A stretch of 64,000 nt of DNA from Guillardia theta CCMP2712 (Eukaryota > Protista > Cryptophyta). The first letter of the stretch is position 1, and the number at the start of each line of letters is the position of its first letter. Location: contig NW_005434604.1 in the NCBI RefSeq assembly GCF_000315625.1, forward strand, positions 62,001 to 126,000, given 5' to 3'. A program made the translations under genes and the position numbers. The notes below the pieces were generated by a model. The model was not told the origin of the DNA and made no database searches. It saw nothing but the letters and a program-made list of their open reading frames with translations. Of this stretch, positions 1 through 11,105 are shown piece after piece.

Positions 1-6
1 TTTCCA

Positions 7-1383
7 TCAGCAATCTCCCTCCAACAAGAAACTTACATCATCCCTCGCTCGCATCAAGGCTTCATAAGCGTTGTCTCGTTCCAGCATGGCCTGTCCTCCA
101 CTCTCAGGCTCTTTCCCGACGATTCTTCCATCACCTTCTTGTTCTCTGAAATCTGCAACGACAACCTTTCCTCTAGCGCCTGTCGCCATTTGAGACGACC
201 GGAAGGGCTGGAGGGGGAGGACGGGGAGGAGGAGGAGGAGGGGAAGGAGGAAGGGGGGGGTCCATGAAGTCACCTGGATCACTCCAGCCGCCTTAACTTT
301 GTGCTGATAGAAGTTCTCCTCGGTCTGTTTGCACCTTGTTTCCGCTTCCTGCAAGACGGCTGACTGAGCAAAAGTCCTGTGAAATACACCAACCTCTCCT
401 CCTGCTCCTGCTCCTGCTTCTGTCCCTCACTTCTCCTCTCCTCTATCCCTTTCTCCTCCTCCTCGCTCCTCCTCCTCCTCCTCCTCGCTTCTCCTCTTCA
501 TTCTGGCCTTTCGTCATCATTCTCTTCCTCCATGACCTCCAACTTCTCGGTGAGCTCGTAGACTTTGGCTGACGTTTGCACGCGGACTTCAGTCTCTCGT
601 GAAGCCATCCATTGCAAAGTGTCGTTTTGCTTCCTCAGGCGCAGATTTTCCTGCAGATAGACAGGAGGGAAGAGGGGATGGGAGGGGAGGGGAGAGGAGA
701 GAAGGGGAGAGAGGAGAGGAGAGGAGAGGAGAGGAGAGGAGAGGAGAGGAGAGGAGAGGAGAGGTGGAGAGGAGAGGAGAGGAGGGGAGATGGGAGTAGA
801 GTAGAGGGGAGGAGGATCGTAAGATTACATAACACGTGAAGCATTTCTCGCACATCAAGAACGGTTGAATGTTGCATTCCAAAGTTCATCGCGTTTGCTG
901 AGAAGTTCTCCTGCGAGCAAGTGAGAGCAGCGAGTGGAAATACAAACTCCTTCCACCTCCTTCGTCTGCTTGAGAGTCTCTATGAGAGAAATTTGCTGCT
1001 CACTTTCCAGCTTGCGACGGGCAAGCTGGGTTTCAAGGTCCTGACGGGAAGTCAGGGAGGGAGAAGGAGGGAGGGAGGAAGCAATGCTGGGAGGGAGGTT
1101 GAGTAGGGTAGAGAGGGAGACGGAAGGGGGAGAGTAGAGAGGATAGGAGAAGGGCTGAGAGAGAAAGAGGAGGATGTAAAAACAGAAGTAAAGGGAGGAA
1201 AGGGCCCCTTGTGCCGCAGTCAGGAGGGAGGGCAGGAGAGAGAGCATGCATAGCGAGCGAGGTACTAGAACAGCAGGGGCAAGAAGATCAGGAGTAAGAG
1301 ACCTTCACTCTCTCCCTCGCTCTCTCCGTGTCCTTCAGCATACTTGACTGCAGCAGCACTCGCCGGTCAGAGCACGCTACAAC

Positions 1384-1436
<53 letters not shown>

Positions 1437-4002
1437 TCCTCTAGCAAGCAGGATCGACTGGTCTCTCCAGGAGTGTCTTGCCTGCATTTGGACGGCACTC
1501 CTCAGCTGATCTTCGAGCTGCGCGATGCGGCGGTGGGAGAAGTCGTCCTGGTTCGACTTGAGCTCCCTCTCGTGCCGCGCCTTCATCCCCTCCATGTCCC
1601 TCGTTAGACTGTCTCGCTCCTCCTTCAGCTCCTGCTGGGAGCTCAACGGCCAAGACGCCATCATCGGACGGCAAGCTCACCTCGTAGCGCGATCGGAGGA
1701 TGTTGAGCTGTGACATGAGGCTGGAGCGATCCTCGGAAGAAGACTGAAGGACCGGCGCCACGGCCTCCTTAACGATCTCATACAGCTTTTCTTTCTGCTG
1801 GTTTCGAGTAAGCTGCAAGCTCAAGATCATGTCGTCTGTCATGATGTTTTTGGTCCTGAAAGTCGAAGACCAAGATAAGTGGACCGCAAACAAGAAGAGA
1901 AGGAGGAAAGATTGGAGGAAGGGAGGGAGGGAGGGAGGGAGGGAGGGAGGGAGGGAGGGAGGGAGGGAGGGAGGGAGGGAGGGAGGGATGGAGGAGGATC
2001 AGGTATCTTTGACGGAGAGTTTAAAGGTCTCACTGCTCCAGCGGGCTTTGGAAACCAACGTGAACTCCTTGCATCAATCCGTTTCTTGCAAGTCCCTCGT
2101 CCTTCCTGCCCATCGCTCCATCCTCCCGAAGATTGCTCTGCAGCCCGCGTATCGAGATCTTGTTCACCGGATACATGGGTGCCCCTTGGAACGGATGCGA
2201 CGAAGCAGGCGCCTCCTGCGTTTTCGTGCTTCAGTCTTCTGCTGCTCTGGCCCTCAAGAACGACACACCTGAGGGACGTCTTGGGCAATGAGCTGGGGAT
2301 GAAGTTCGTTCAGCAACCTGTCGATCTCTTCATCGAGCCCGGTGCTTCCAGAGCTTGCGGAATTGGTCAGAGGAGGGAAGAAAGGGAGGAAAGGGAGGAT
2401 ATGTAGTAGAGGGAGGAGAGGATCGAAGTTGCCAGAGCGATGAAGAAATAGCTTCACACGGGTTCAATGCAATCAAAGGGAATGGAAGATTTCGTCAACC
2501 TCAAGTCACCAACATCATCATTTGATCGTCACGATCGTGATACACGTTCGTTCTCACCTCAGCCTATACTGCATCGCATCCTGAGTCATGATGCTCGACG
2601 AGCCGCTCGACCGCACGTCAAAGTGGTTCTCATGTCCCATGACCATGTTGTGCGAGACGTTCCAGCCCTCCCTCTCCATCTCGTTGGCAGCCGGCGGGAC
2701 GGCAGGAGCAGCACGATAATCCATCAGCCCCCTCGGAATCCGCGAGAACGTCGGGCCCTGGGCATACCCGCCCTTGCTGCGGAGCTGCTCGAGATCGTCC
2801 TCAAGACGCATCCTGTCTTCCTCAATCTGATGGAGGAAGCATGAGAAAGGATTGGGATAAAGGAGATGCAGAAAGAAGGGGGAGGACGGGGGATGGGGAG
2901 GCAGGTCAGAACGGCAGACTCGATCTCCTTTCCTCCTCTTACCTGACGTCTGGCTGCGCTCATCGCATCCTCAGGCAGCCCCTGTTGATCTCTTTTGACC
3001 TCCTGTGACGACAAGGGCGTGTTTGACCGGGAGGTCAGTTTGTGAACCCCCGAGTTGTAGAGCAGGTCCTTGGAAGACAGAAGATCTTTCACGAGACCCT
3101 TGAAGTCATCGAAGTGAAGCAACCTAAGAGTAACAATGGAGATCAGTGAGGTAAAGACTTTGGAATGCAATCCCATGGAAACAACAATCAAGACATGGTT
3201 TCAAGAAAGCACAGTAGTTTCAAGAAAGTTTCAAGAAATCACAACCTGAACCTCCATACCGCATTTATCAAAGGGTTCAACACAGATTTTGAATCAGAAT
3301 TGCATTCATGCATGGAGGTAGGGACATTCTGCAAGATCACCGTTTCTCCCGATCAAGCTTTGGGTTGCTGTTGAAGGCTTTCACTGCATCTTCATCGGTT
3401 ATCACCTGCGGAAGCAAGTTCTTGATTCTCAGCAGCTCCATGAACTGATTCTGATTGATGAAAGAGCTGTATCGGTTGACTTGAGGAGCTGATGACGACC
3501 TTTGAACGTTGACCATGTCTGCACCTCGAGTCTCGCTGTAAAATCCTCCACCCCCATATCCATTGCTCATGCTTGCGCCTGCAAGGTTTTCGGCATTTTT
3601 GTGCAAAATTGCCTCAGCCTGGCTTGTGATGCCATTGTTAAGAGGCTCACGTGTGAAAGTTTCTGCAGCATGTGCGACTTCATTCAGACCCTGCTGAGCG
3701 CTATCCGCTGTTCCATCCTTCTGTTCAAAGGTGTTCAACAGGTTGAGGAAATTCATCCTCCTCTGATGCTTTTCCTCCGCACTCCTTCTTACCATTGATT
3801 CAGGCCTGCTACTCCCACTCTCATCAGACATCCGCTGTGCAGTTTTCATAGCACTTCTTTCATCCATTGCAGCTTGCGCTGGCGCCCCCTCCATCCCTTC
3901 TTGCTCCATTCTGTCCTCCTCTGACAACCAACTCTCGTCCAAGGAGCTCAGTCCGTGATCCTCGGAGTACCCGCCCGCTTCCTCTGCCATCATCGCAGAC
4001 AT
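7..4002 (-). CDS. Multi-exon coiled-coil protein with an EF-hand/p25alpha-like segment; 3' end probably outside the window
   Basis: First exon 4002-~3340 (MSAMMAEEAGG...LLPQVITDEDAVKAFN). Further spliced exons read LHFDDFKGLVKDLL, IRLEDDLEQLRSKGG, ELKEERDSLTRDMEGMKARHERELK, DLETQLARRKLESEQQISL, EAETRCKQTEENFYQHK. E/K/Q/L-rich heptad composition. Confidence 0.7.
1386..1433. repeat. (CAG)n tract in an intron; other simple repeats include (GAGAG)n ~705-765, (GGGA)n 1921-1988 and 14360-14447, (GCCCTC)n 8622-8695
   Basis: Direct inspection. Confidence 0.95.
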
Positions 4003-4517
4003 TGATCTGTTGCCCTCCTCAAGACGAGCTCGGAGAGTTGTTCCCTTCTCCGTCAGTTCTTTACCATGCCATCGTTTTGGTTGAAAAGCGTCAAAAAAAA
4101 ACTAAAAAAACAATCGATCGAGTCAAATTCACTTGACAGGGACTAAAAAAAACCTGCCCGGGCCGGTTTAGTTAGAGGAACCCTGATAACACCAGGTTTA
4201 AGTTCAAGAGGTTTAGTCTTGCTTTGAGTGAGAGGGGATGTGGTCACCTATGCTAGAAATAGCTCGGACCACCCCTGTGCTGTCAAAGTCAGTCGCGATG
4301 AGGGGTCATAGGAACCAGAGGAAAAAAAAGGTCTCCCGATTTAGCAAATTTGACTAGAACAGGGGGTAGGGTACAAATAAGATTGAATGGGGTGAGGGTG
4401 GTGTATATCCCGTTGGATTCAACGAAAAATAGTTTAGGTGAAGGGGGTATGTCTTGAAGAGTGGGGTCGAGGGGGTAGGGTGAGGAATATCTGCAAGGTA
4501 GGGTGGGGAGGCTGTTT

Positions 4518-4523
4518 TATAAG
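4518..4523 (+). promoter_or_regulatory. Putative TATA box of the small peptide gene
   Basis: TATAAG lies ~35 nt upstream of the donor at 4558, leaving room for a short non-coding first exon. Confidence 0.5.
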
Positions 4524-4771
4524 CCGAGGAGGGAGTAGCGGCGGCACAGACGAAAAGGTGAGAGCTGAAATTGCACGCTATGGCTCCCTCGATCGATGGA
4601 AGATTGTGAAAGTTTGTGAACCAATGGCTGTAAAACTGTGCAAGAAATGTGTGAAACTATCATATTCTTGTTCCTTTTCGATTTTTGTGGATTTCTTGCA
4701 ATGTTTGATGTATCCATGTGGTTTGTGCACTGCGAATACTACTGCAATCACCTTGACTGACTTTTCCGTAG

Positions 4772-4933
4772 ATGTTCGCTCTCCTTGCCATGACCATGCT
4801 CGATGACGTCAACACCATCAACACCTGGGCTGAGCCTCACAACGCCAATGGCATCACCCCCAACAGCGTCATCGACTCCAACGACGAGCCCCCCTGCAAC
4901 AACCAGCAGCGCATGGCCGCCCGCGGATACTAA
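4772..4933 (+). CDS. 53-aa peptide MFALLAMTMLDDVNTINTWAEPHNANGITPNSVIDSNDEPPCNNQQRMAARGY
   Basis: ATG 4772, TAA 4931-4933, strongly C-ending codons. TATAAG at 4518-4523. Intron 4558-4771 (GTGAGA...CTGAC..CCGTAG) ends immediately before the ATG. AT-rich downstream region. Confidence 0.75.
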   Translation: MFALLAMTMLDDVNTINTWAEPHNANGITPNSVIDSNDEPPCNNQQRMAARGY

Positions 4934-5156
4934 ACGATCTGTGCAATAGCATCTTTTCCGATTTATTTAAAATGAAAGAATAATCACATTTGTTCTTTTA
5001 TTCCTTGCAAACCTCTGATTCCTATTTCATTCTTCTGAAAATGATTTTGAGTGGGATGTTATTAAGATCGACATGAAAGAGAAGATTTGCATGGCAGTCT
5101 CAATTTAGAGCTCAGTGTACAGTTTGACGAAATGATGTTTTTCGCCTGCGACACTT

Positions 5157-7734
5157 TCACCCATATCCAAAACAAATTCGGTTTCGGGTTACCCATACAT
5201 CGACCAACGCGCCATTGACAGCGAATCGATCTTGAAAACGATCAGAGGGTAACACAAAGATTCCTCTTATCACCTGCGAGCGGAAGGTAAACTGTTTCCA
5301 TCTTCTCGCTGTCCTCGCATGCAACGTTGGTGATATTAAGCTTCTCGCAAATCTTTCCGTCCCCGTCGTAATGTATCTTGGAAGCCCATCAACAAACAAT
5401 CCCTCAGGACACAGAAAGATACCTTGAAGAAACATGTATTCACCCAAGGGATTGAATAGCAGAGCCCTGATGGTACACCACAATGGTTCAGGGTTGGGAA
5501 GTGATGTGTTGGTGAAAGCAACCAACCTAGCTCTCCGTAAAGGTACCCGCCATCGACTGTGCCACTTGATGACTGGGAGGAAATGCTTGCTTGCATTCTG
5601 GGAAACCTGCAGGAGACAGCTGTCAAAACATTTTGGGGATCAGACGAGCAGCAGCACTCTGTTACAGTCGGCATGTACGAGCTGGGCTCAACGTGGACCA
5701 CCAAAAACTCGAACTGAAGGAGTTTGGTGTGGATCTCAACGTTACCCTCGTAGTTGAAGTAGTAGAACATCAAACTCTTGCTCTTGTCATTCCAGATCCC
5801 TGCTAGTCGTCAGGTAGTCTGTTCTCATCGAAGATGAACACATGTACCATGCCCTGGGTCGACTTGTTCACCGGCTGAGAACATTAAGGAGGAATCTTGT
5901 CCTCCAATCTTTACGAGGTATTCGTCTGCATTCGTAGTCGCTGGGCCCACCATGGAATAGTACTGCAAGCCGCTGACTGTAAAACGCGTCCCTTGTTGGA
6001 TCTGGAGTCGAATCATCATAGCAGCAAAACTGACGTGCGATTTACGATAGAGTCCGCCTTTAGATTGACGGTCAACTTATGATAGAATGCTGCAGCATGT
6101 AAGAAGAAACATGCTCAAGACCTTCAGTACCATCGAAGTCACAAGTTTCGCTCAATTCCTTGATCTGATTAGGAGTCATGGGACAGCAATTGTAAAGACT
6201 ATTTTTTTTGACGAACCGGGAAGCATTCAAATGCAAGCAACCCAAACGGATCCTGGAGAGCGATGCTCTTGCCATCTTATCGCAGTCTCACTTGATGAAA
6301 AAGGATGCTTGGTGATGAACAATACCTATCAGAAGCAAGGGAGTTTCATGGAACTCCCTCGGATTCTCTGTGGGGTTGATGACGGAGAACTGGAAGCTGA
6401 TCAAGGAAAGGTCCGCCCCTAAGTTCCTGCAAATTGTATCACAACAATCAAAGCAGCACGTCCATTTGTGCAGCACATGGAAACGCCCCGACGAGCTTGA
6501 CTCTGTCCGTAGTTCCATACCGCATCCCCTTGGCTCCCTCCGACCAAGCTTGATGCAGATGCGCCAGAAAGGGGAAGCTCGGCAACGAACCTGTTCACGG
6601 ATTGAGATGTGAATGAAATCTAGAGGGAGCCATATGTGGGCTCACCCGGGAGGAAGGGTATGCGCTAGACCGCCGAGCTCAACCTTGGCGCCCGATGAGA
6701 TCGGAAGCTTGGCTGATTCCATCCTCAGAAAGGTCGGGAGTGAGTACAAGTTTCTTACACGCGATGATGACAGACAGAGTATTCAGCCCTCCACATTTCT
6801 TCGACGACTGACTGACCCAAGAGGTTGTCTTGGTCAGAAGGTTTGACAGAACCGTCTTGAAAGGCCCATCATTGCACCTGCAAAGCGTTGAGGCTGGTCG
6901 TAAACCGGCAACAGCTCTCAGAGGTTGAGGTACATCGCGGCATTGCAGGAAACGAAGTAGGCTGGGAGCCCGTTGAAGGCAGATGCCTGCATCTCGCCGA
7001 CTTCGGCGCTGGGCTCTGGGTAGAACGAGGTCCTTGACTGGATTTGATAGTCTTGGAGGACCTTTCAGAAGCATGTCAGGGTAGAGCGATGTGAAGGCCA
7101 GCCCCGACCTCGTTCATGAGGAGAAACACCCGATCGCCCGACACGCACCCTCCTCGCTGCAGCCCATCGTGAAGGGTGGCGACGCATCGAAAGGTTGCAG
7201 GGCAGCTGAGGAGACGGAGCAGGCATCATGCAAGGCGCGATCAGCAGAGGCACCTCGACCTGATCATCTGCTGCGCGCCGGAGGAGGTGGAGAGGCTCTC
7301 GTTGTAAGTGGAGCAGTTCAACGTCTCGACCGCTCGGTTGCACCTGATGCTCTCGCACGTCAAGAACATCCCTCCACCCTCTCCCTTGCTCCGTCCTACA
7401 TGTCCGCCTGGCAAACATAGTAGAAGAACCCGCCGGTGTAGGAGTATCCCGTCCTGCTTGCAGCATGAGGAGAGTCAGGCCGCCTGCCTCTCACTCACAG
7501 GTTTTGCAGGGACGCGTCGACACAGCCGTAGAGGGCTCCGTCCGGTCGGAATCGATAAAAGCATCCCAGTGCACCTGCAGTGGAGCCTGAGGAGGTTGCA
7601 GGCAGTCATGGCCGTGAGGACTCACACTCTACCGCCTGATCGGTTCCGTTGTAGCAGCTGTAGGCCTCAGAGACGCTGAGATGGCCGACGGCAAGGATGG
7701 CAAGGACAGGAAAGAGTCGGGAGAGTCGACCCAT
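5157..7734 (-). CDS. Secreted multi-exon protein: signal peptide, two Cys-rich Ly6/uPAR-like repeats, beta-rich C-terminal region (3' end uncertain)
   Basis: Signal peptide MGRLSRLFPVLAILAVGHLSVSEA. Spliced repeat 1 is YSCYNGTDQAVECSTAGALGCFYRFRPDGALYGCVD...YYVCQADMCN; repeat 2 is LNCSTYN...FRCVATLHDGLQRGGCVSG...FVSCNAAMCN. Later exons IQQGTRFTVSGLQYY and LLQFEFLVVHVEP. Confidence 0.65.
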
Positions 7735-8294
7735 CGTTTCCAAGTGACAGAGGGAGCAGGAGCCGCCCTCAGATTGTTGACACTCCAAGAGGCAGGGGAA
7801 GGTCAACAGGATATGAGAGAGTGAAGGCAGGCAAGTGAGGACAGTTGATGAGAGTTAGGGAGCGGAGCAGGGAGGAAGTCAGTCCAGGTTGAAACGAAGG
7901 ATGTAGCTAGAGGAGAGGGACGAAGGTCAACAAAGTTCTCAAGAGGTCAGGATGAGGATGAGGATGGGGATGGGGATGAGGATGAGGATGAGGAGATAGT
8001 GGTGCTGGTGGTGGTACTTGTGATGGAGCAGGAGGAGAAGGATGTAGTCAGTGGCCCGGAGGGTCAAGACATTCGCTGTCAAAGGGTTTGTCGAGAGATT
8101 TCAAATGTTTATTCAAATTGCCTTTGCAAGCTCTAAAATTCTGGAGAAATTTCAACTATTTTTCAAATCTTGCGAATGCGTCAATGGATGTGTTAGCAGC
8201 AGAGAGTCGAGCGACGGGGAGAGGAGTGAACCAAGTAAGAGAGAGAAGAGAGCGAGTGATAGGGATGAAACGTGTTTCAGGATGCTGTTTGAAT

Positions 8295-10080
8295 TTATCC
8301 AAAATAGAACATAACGATGTCGAATACAAGAAGACCTGCAAGTACTATCGATCCCCACATTGCGCCACGAGTCATGAAGATGAAAGTTGAGACTCCAGCG
8401 GTCAAAACTGGCCCAAGCAAAATAAAGCCGATCCACGAGCCGGCATTCCAGCTCTTGCTCCATCCACCAGATTGTTGTTGTCCCTGCGATCTTTGAAACG
8501 CTTCATACTTTGCCTACATCACAGAAAGTCAAATTCTCTGCGAGAACAAGAGCTTCTTACCCTCATCCGTGGATCAAGCGCGTAAGGGTCATAAGTGACT
8601 GAGTCACTTGCACCAACCGACTCGCCCTCGCCCTCGCCCTCGCCCTCGCCCTCGCCCTCGCCTTGAGCTTCCCCCTCGCCCTCGCCCTCGCCCTCTCCCT
8701 CTGCAGGTTGTCCCCCCCAAGCTTGCTGTGCCTGAGCTTCTCTCTAAGATAGCACATGTCAGTCCAATAACCTGCAACTCCACAACGCTAACCTGGCTCT
8801 CTCTAATCTGTTCAGGATCGACGTTGGCGTTGGGCGGAATGACGTTTCCAAACACCACAGTGCCGTTGGGAGCATCTCCGTTTTCATCTTTGATCCAAGG
8901 CTCATTGTTCTCATCCATCCACTGACGCACAACATCAGATGAGAAGAACTTACACTAGATGTCACAATACCTTGAACCCATTGCATTGCGGTCCCACACA
9001 ATGCTCCAGCTCCTGACCAGTGTGCGGATCGATGCTTCTGTCCAGCGACCAATACTCCTGGTATTCTGCAGGAGGAGCGTTCTTTGGTCCCACACCTTGA
9101 TGAATCACTTGACCCGTTCTTAAGTCAACAACCTGGTCGCCCGCCATTCCCCAAGCATCGTCGCACTCTCTGCCGCTGCAGTAGAACGTCTTGTTCTGAC
9201 CATCAATCTGCACCCGCATGGCTTCGATCTCGTCTGACTTCGCCTGCAGTGCATTGAGCTGTTTGTCACGGATCTTGGTGTATTGCACATCCCTGATGGC
9301 AAGCGGTCGATCGCGGAAGCCGATCCCCTCACCGAACTTTCCAAAAGTCCCTTCGGACGCGTTGATGGTGTTCTCTCCGAAAGCGCCTTCTCTGAACACT
9401 CCAAGAACAGGACCCTGGTGCTTCGAGACTTTTCCATCCGCAGTCACGTGTTTGTCTGACAGGCCGTGAACATGGATGTTAAGAGACTTGGGAATGACGC
9501 TCTCTCCGTCTGGATAGATGTACTTGGAAGGAACGAACTCGTCGTTGAGAGGGTCAGTGAGTGCGTCAACGTCAGCCTGCTCCTTAGCTTCATCTTCCAG
9601 CCTTCGGATACGCATGAGCCGCTTCTGTTCGTCCGTGTACTCTAGCGGCTGCCCCGTCCGTGCATCGACCACGAAGTCTGTGAACTGCCTCTGCTTGATG
9701 ATCTTCTCGAACTGTTGGTTCTTCAAGTCTTCTGGAGTTGCTGCAGAGGAAGCAGTCAATGGCACCCCCGGGACAGACCCGTTTGCCATGGCAGCGTCGG
9801 ACCGGTAAACCCATCCACGCCCCATTCCCGACCGAAGTGCATTCTCATCGACCTGCGGAGCAGGAGGCGATGCAAGTATCTGTACTCGATGTTTAACCAG
9901 AGCATTGTGAAGATTGAGCTGGTTTCTTCCGAGGGAGAGAAGGTTGACCGTTCCCATCCCCTTGTCGTGAGCAAGGAGGAAGAAAGTGGACTTAGCTACA
10001 AGAATTGAAATGATTGCAGGCAGAAAGAGATCAACCCTCCTCCTGAAAGGCCCTGGGCCCAATAGAGGGCTCAACTCCAT
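8295..10080 (-). CDS. Uncharacterised membrane protein (N-terminal hydrophobic segment, two C-terminal TM helices)
   Basis: 372-aa first ORF with LFLPAIISILVAKSTFFLLA, then exon WMDENNEPWIKDENG. Last exon AKYEAF...WIGFILLGPVLTAGVSTFIFMTRGAMWGSIVLAGLLVFDIVMFYFG, TAA at 8297-8295. Confidence 0.75.
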
Positions 10081-10237
10081 CTGTCTTCTACTTCTTGGCA
10101 GGAAACGGAAACCTCAGATTCTCTCACCTGCGAAGGATGATTCAGACACACCTCTTGCACATGATGCATGTCGGATGTTCAACAGGATAAGTGTGAAGAG
10201 GAAACAGACTCGACCCATACCCAGTCAACATATCTCA

Positions 10238-10387
10238 GAATGCTAACAAATCTGAACGAGACTGGTGAACACATAACAATGCTAACACAACTGAACAAGA
10301 CAGGTCAATATACACCAAAATGCTATAACAACTGAACAAGACAGGTCAATATACACCACAATGCTATGACAACTGAACAAGACAGGG
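10238..10387. repeat. ~41-bp minisatellite, about 3.5-4 degenerate copies
   Basis: Unit aatgcta(t/a)aacaactgaacaagacaggtcaatatacacca repeated head to tail. Confidence 0.85.
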
Positions 10388-11105
10388 ACCCGCGCTCTCA
10401 TCCGCGACATTTCATCACAATCCCTCACCTCGCCATGGCCATCGCGAACAGCCGCGACTGATGAGTAATTGTATGATACTCCCTGCAATCAAGGGGTAGG
10501 GGTACTTCATCACCCCACCATTTATCAATAATCAAAACTGTGCAGGACGGGTACTAGATGAAATTTTGATTTGTCTTATGAAGTCCTGGACTTACGGCGG
10601 CAGGCCGGGCCGGGCCCGGGCGCCGCCCGGCGCCCGGCGGCCTCGGACCGTGAAGTCGTCACTGCCGGGGCCGCGCCACCGACAACTACTGAACGGTATC
10701 AGTTAAGTTTGGCAAGTTTGGGGACAGCAGAAGGCAGGATGAGGGTTGGTTCTCGCTGTCTTTTCTCTTCTCGCCGTATGGCCTGTGCCGCCTGGCACCG
10801 ACATGAAAACTTACAGTGCCACGGTGAGTTCAAGGTTACCGACCCGGCCGTCACTCATCGGACCGTCTGATGTCCCGGCGAGTCACCGTCGGAGGACAAT
10901 CAGGAGAGGAGAGACTTTGAGTAAACAGAGAGTCAGAAGGCTTGACCGTTTTACTCAAAGACCATGGCACTACACTCAACCGGGTACTGTCTCTCGGCGC
11001 ACGGAGCCTCCGGGAAGAGAAAGCAGCCTGCCAGCAGCCTAAGTAAACTCTAGTTCAGTAATCCAAGGTAAGTTGGCAAACTGGCAACCCTCACCATCTT
11101 GATTG

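Noticed and set aside
4772-4933. Ejectisome Tri/Reb (R-body-like) protein
   Set aside because: The size is similar, but I see no Reb-like motif such as QITD.VT.
10238-10387. CRISPR-like short repeat array
   Set aside because: Units are contiguous with no unique spacers, there are no cas genes, and the context is eukaryotic.
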